DNA of 64,000 nucleotides from Legionellales bacterium (GTDB lineage Bacteria; Pseudomonadota; Gammaproteobacteria; Comchoanobacterales; Comchoanobacteraceae): NCBI GenBank assembly GCA_018664045.1, contig JABJPE010000084.1, positions 551 to 64,550 of the forward strand, read 5' to 3'. Shown piece by piece: positions 62,004 to 64,000 of this stretch (position 1 is its first letter; each line of letters starts with the position of its first letter). The notes under the pieces were generated by a model. It saw only the letters and a program-made list of their open reading frames with translations, ran no database searches and was not told where the DNA came from. The position numbers and the translations under genes were made by a program.

Positions 62004-63398
62004 ATGTCGTTGCCACTATATAAAGAAATAGAGTATAAAAGCCCATATTTATACTTTAAGCTGTTTAGTGACTTTAGCAATACTATTTTTTGTGATAGCA
62101 ACTCTATAAATTCAGAACAAAGTAAATATAGTTTTATTGCCATAGATCCAGCTGCTGTTTTTTTGGGTAAAGATGGCGCCGCTAGCTATAATAATATCAA
62201 ATTTAAGTGCCTAGACCCGCTAGAATATATGAAAAATAAACATAGTAATTTTTCTCATAAAAATATTCCATCTCTTCCTCCTTTTCAAGGTGGGTTTGCG
62301 GGTGTATTTAGTTATGATTTTGCAAGATACCTAGAAAATATTCCAAGCTTAGCTATAGATGACAAGAGCTATTATGATTTTGCATTTGCTTATTATGACT
62401 TGGTAATTAGTTTTAATCACGCATCCAAGCAAGCGTGGATTGTATCGAATGGTTTTCCTGAAGATAAATCAGATAAACGTACTAATCGAGCTAAAGCTAG
62501 AATTAAGTGGCTAGAGGGGTTTTTATCTACAGCTTCCGCCCCAGCTATTGATTTAACGCAGTGTGGCAACATAACTAGTAATTTCACGCGCCCAGAATAT
62601 AAAAAAGCAATTACAAAATGTATGAGTTATATTCGCCAGGGTGATATCTTTGAAGCAAACTTAGCGCAGCGATTTCAATGTGATTTAAAAGCAGGGACAG
62701 AGATGCCTTTATATTTAAAGCTAAGAGAACTTAATAATGCGCCATTTTCTGCATATAGTAATATAGCAAACACGCATATTTTATCTACATCACCAGAGCG
62801 CTTTTTAAGCTTGAAAAATCGCCAAGTAGAAGCTAGGCCAATAAAAGGTACAAGTCGGCGCTCAACTTGCCAAATTAAAGATGCAAAGCTTGCACAGCAG
62901 CTTTGCCATAGTGCAAAAGATAGGGCTGAGAATATTATGATAGTAGATTTAATGCGCAATGACTTATCGCGCGTTTCTAAACCAGCAAGTGTTGCTGTGG
63001 CAAAGCTATGTTGCTTGGAGAGCTACGTTAATGTTCACCACCTAGTTTCTGTTATAAAAAGTGAGCTAAATCCTAATGAAGATGCTTTTTCCTTATTAAA
63101 AGCGGCTTTTCCAGGAGGATCTATAACTGGGGCTCCTAAAATAAGAGCGATGGCTATAATTGATGAACTAGAGCCGCATCGGCGAGGCCCTTATTGTGGT
63201 AGTTTAGGTTATATAAGTGCGAATGGAGATATGGATTTTTCCATACTTATAAGAACTCTTGTGATAAAAGATAATATTATAAATTTCCATAGTGGTGGCG
63301 CTATTACATTAAACTCAGATCCAGAAGCTGAATATATGGAAACTATAGTAAAAGCAGAAAAACTTCAGCAGGCTTTAAATGCTTCATGCATTGCATAA
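62004..63398 (+). CDS. pabB: aminodeoxychorismate synthase component I (chorismate-utilising enzyme, PabB-like)
   Basis: SPERFL, RPIKGT, ENIMIVDLMRNDL, AFPGGSITGAPK and RGPYCGSLGY. Short (464 aa) and followed by a PabA/TrpG-type amidotransferase. Confidence 0.75.
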   Translation: MSLPLYKEIEYKSPYLYFKLFSDFSNTIFCDSNSINSEQSKYSFIAIDPAAVFLGKDGAASYNNIKFKCLDPLEYMKNKHSNFSHKNIPSLPPFQGGFAGVFSYDFARYLENIPSLAIDDKSYYDFAFAYYDLVISFNHASKQAWIVSNGFPEDKSDKRTNRAKARIKWLEGFLSTASAPAIDLTQCGNITSNFTRPEYKKAITKCMSYIRQGDIFEANLAQRFQCDLKAGTEMPLYLKLRELNNAPFSAYSNIANTHILSTSPERFLSLKNRQVEARPIKGTSRRSTCQIKDAKLAQQLCHSAKDRAENIMIVDLMRNDLSRVSKPASVAVAKLCCLESYVNVHHLVSVIKSELNPNEDAFSLLKAAFPGGSITGAPKIRAMAIIDELEPHRRGPYCGSLGYISANGDMDFSILIRTLVIKDNIINFHSGGAITLNSDPEAEYMETIVKAEKLQQALNASCIA

Positions 63399-63450
63399 TT
63401 AGTTTTATTTTGCTAAATTTTTACCGTCTTAGTAAAAATATGAGATAAAG

Positions 63451-64000
63451 ATGGTTTTAATAATCGATAATTATGATTCATTTGTGTATAACTTAGCACG
63501 TTATGTTGAAGAGCTAAATTATAAAACATTTGTAGTCCGTAATGATAAAATTACGCTAGATGATATTATTGAAAAATATAAACCAAGTCATATAATCATA
63601 TCTCCAGGGCCATGCACGCCAAATGAAGCTGGAATAAGCTTAGATTTGGTTAAAAGCTTAGCTGGCATTATTCCTATTTTGGGTGTTTGTTTAGGGCATC
63701 AGGTAATTGGGCAAGCTTTTGGCGCAAAGATTTTAGAGGCTCAAGTGCCTATGCATGGCATGAGCGCTGCCCTTAAACATAGTGGTGAGGCTATGTTTAA
63801 GGGAGTAGCCAGTCCTTCAGTAGTGGCAAGGTACCACTCCTTGATTGTGGATGCCACGACTTTGCCTCCTGAGCTAGAAGTATGTGCATATAGTGAAGAA
63901 GGGGAAATTATGGCCATGAACCATAAAAAAATGTTAGTATGGGGAGTACAGTTTCATCCAGAGTCAGTTCTTACTGCAGCTGGCTATGATATTTTAATTA
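63451..64000 (+). CDS. pabA: aminodeoxychorismate/anthranilate synthase component II (glutamine amidotransferase), 3'-truncated by window end
   Basis: Manual translation gives MVLIIDNYDSFVYNLARYV...ISPGPCTPNEAG...PILGVCLGHQVIGQAFG...VQFHPES. Absent from the ORF track because there is no stop in the window. Confidence 0.88.
   Translation, partial: MVLIIDNYDSFVYNLARYVEELNYKTFVVRNDKITLDDIIEKYKPSHIIISPGPCTPNEAGISLDLVKSLAGIIPILGVCLGHQVIGQAFGAKILEAQVPMHGMSAALKHSGEAMFKGVASPSVVARYHSLIVDATTLPPELEVCAYSEEGEIMAMNHKKMLVWGVQFHPESVLTAAGYDILI

Overview
AT-rich gammaproteobacterial chromosome segment. The gene content suggests Legionellales (Coxiella/Rickettsiella/Legionella-like), based on a mevalonate-pathway cluster, a tkt-gap-pgk-pyk operon, a Mip-like FKBP, an ankyrin-like membrane protein and a reduced pilMNOPQ/hof cluster. 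That assignment is inference only. The window is densely packed with housekeeping genes and appears to span the replication origin. Gene orientation flips at the 466-bp gyrB/rpmH spacer (42177..42642), which carries DnaA boxes and an A/T-only stretch. The dnaA-dnaN-recF block sits about 10 kb to the right, detached from both gyrB and rpmH. I found no rRNA, CRISPR array, transposase, integrase or phage genes. There is one tRNA, tRNA-Gln(UUG). The non-housekeeping content is limited to a few orphan genes. (1) A 772-aa minus-strand protein (48342..50660) carries two RNxxxH HEPN-type RNase motifs in a Cas13-like dual-HEPN layout, with no CRISPR array or cas genes nearby. This is the best candidate for something new. 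(2) A 458-aa protein has ankyrin-like repeats, a TM hairpin and a Glu-rich tail, and is a candidate type IVB effector. (3) A 399-aa orphan abuts ponA and precedes a minimal secretin cluster. (4) A 501-aa orphan multi-pass membrane protein. Several ORF-track starts are TTG/GTG artefacts, and I re-set them to better-supported ATG/RBS positions where possible. All function calls come from motif recognition by eye; no searches were run.
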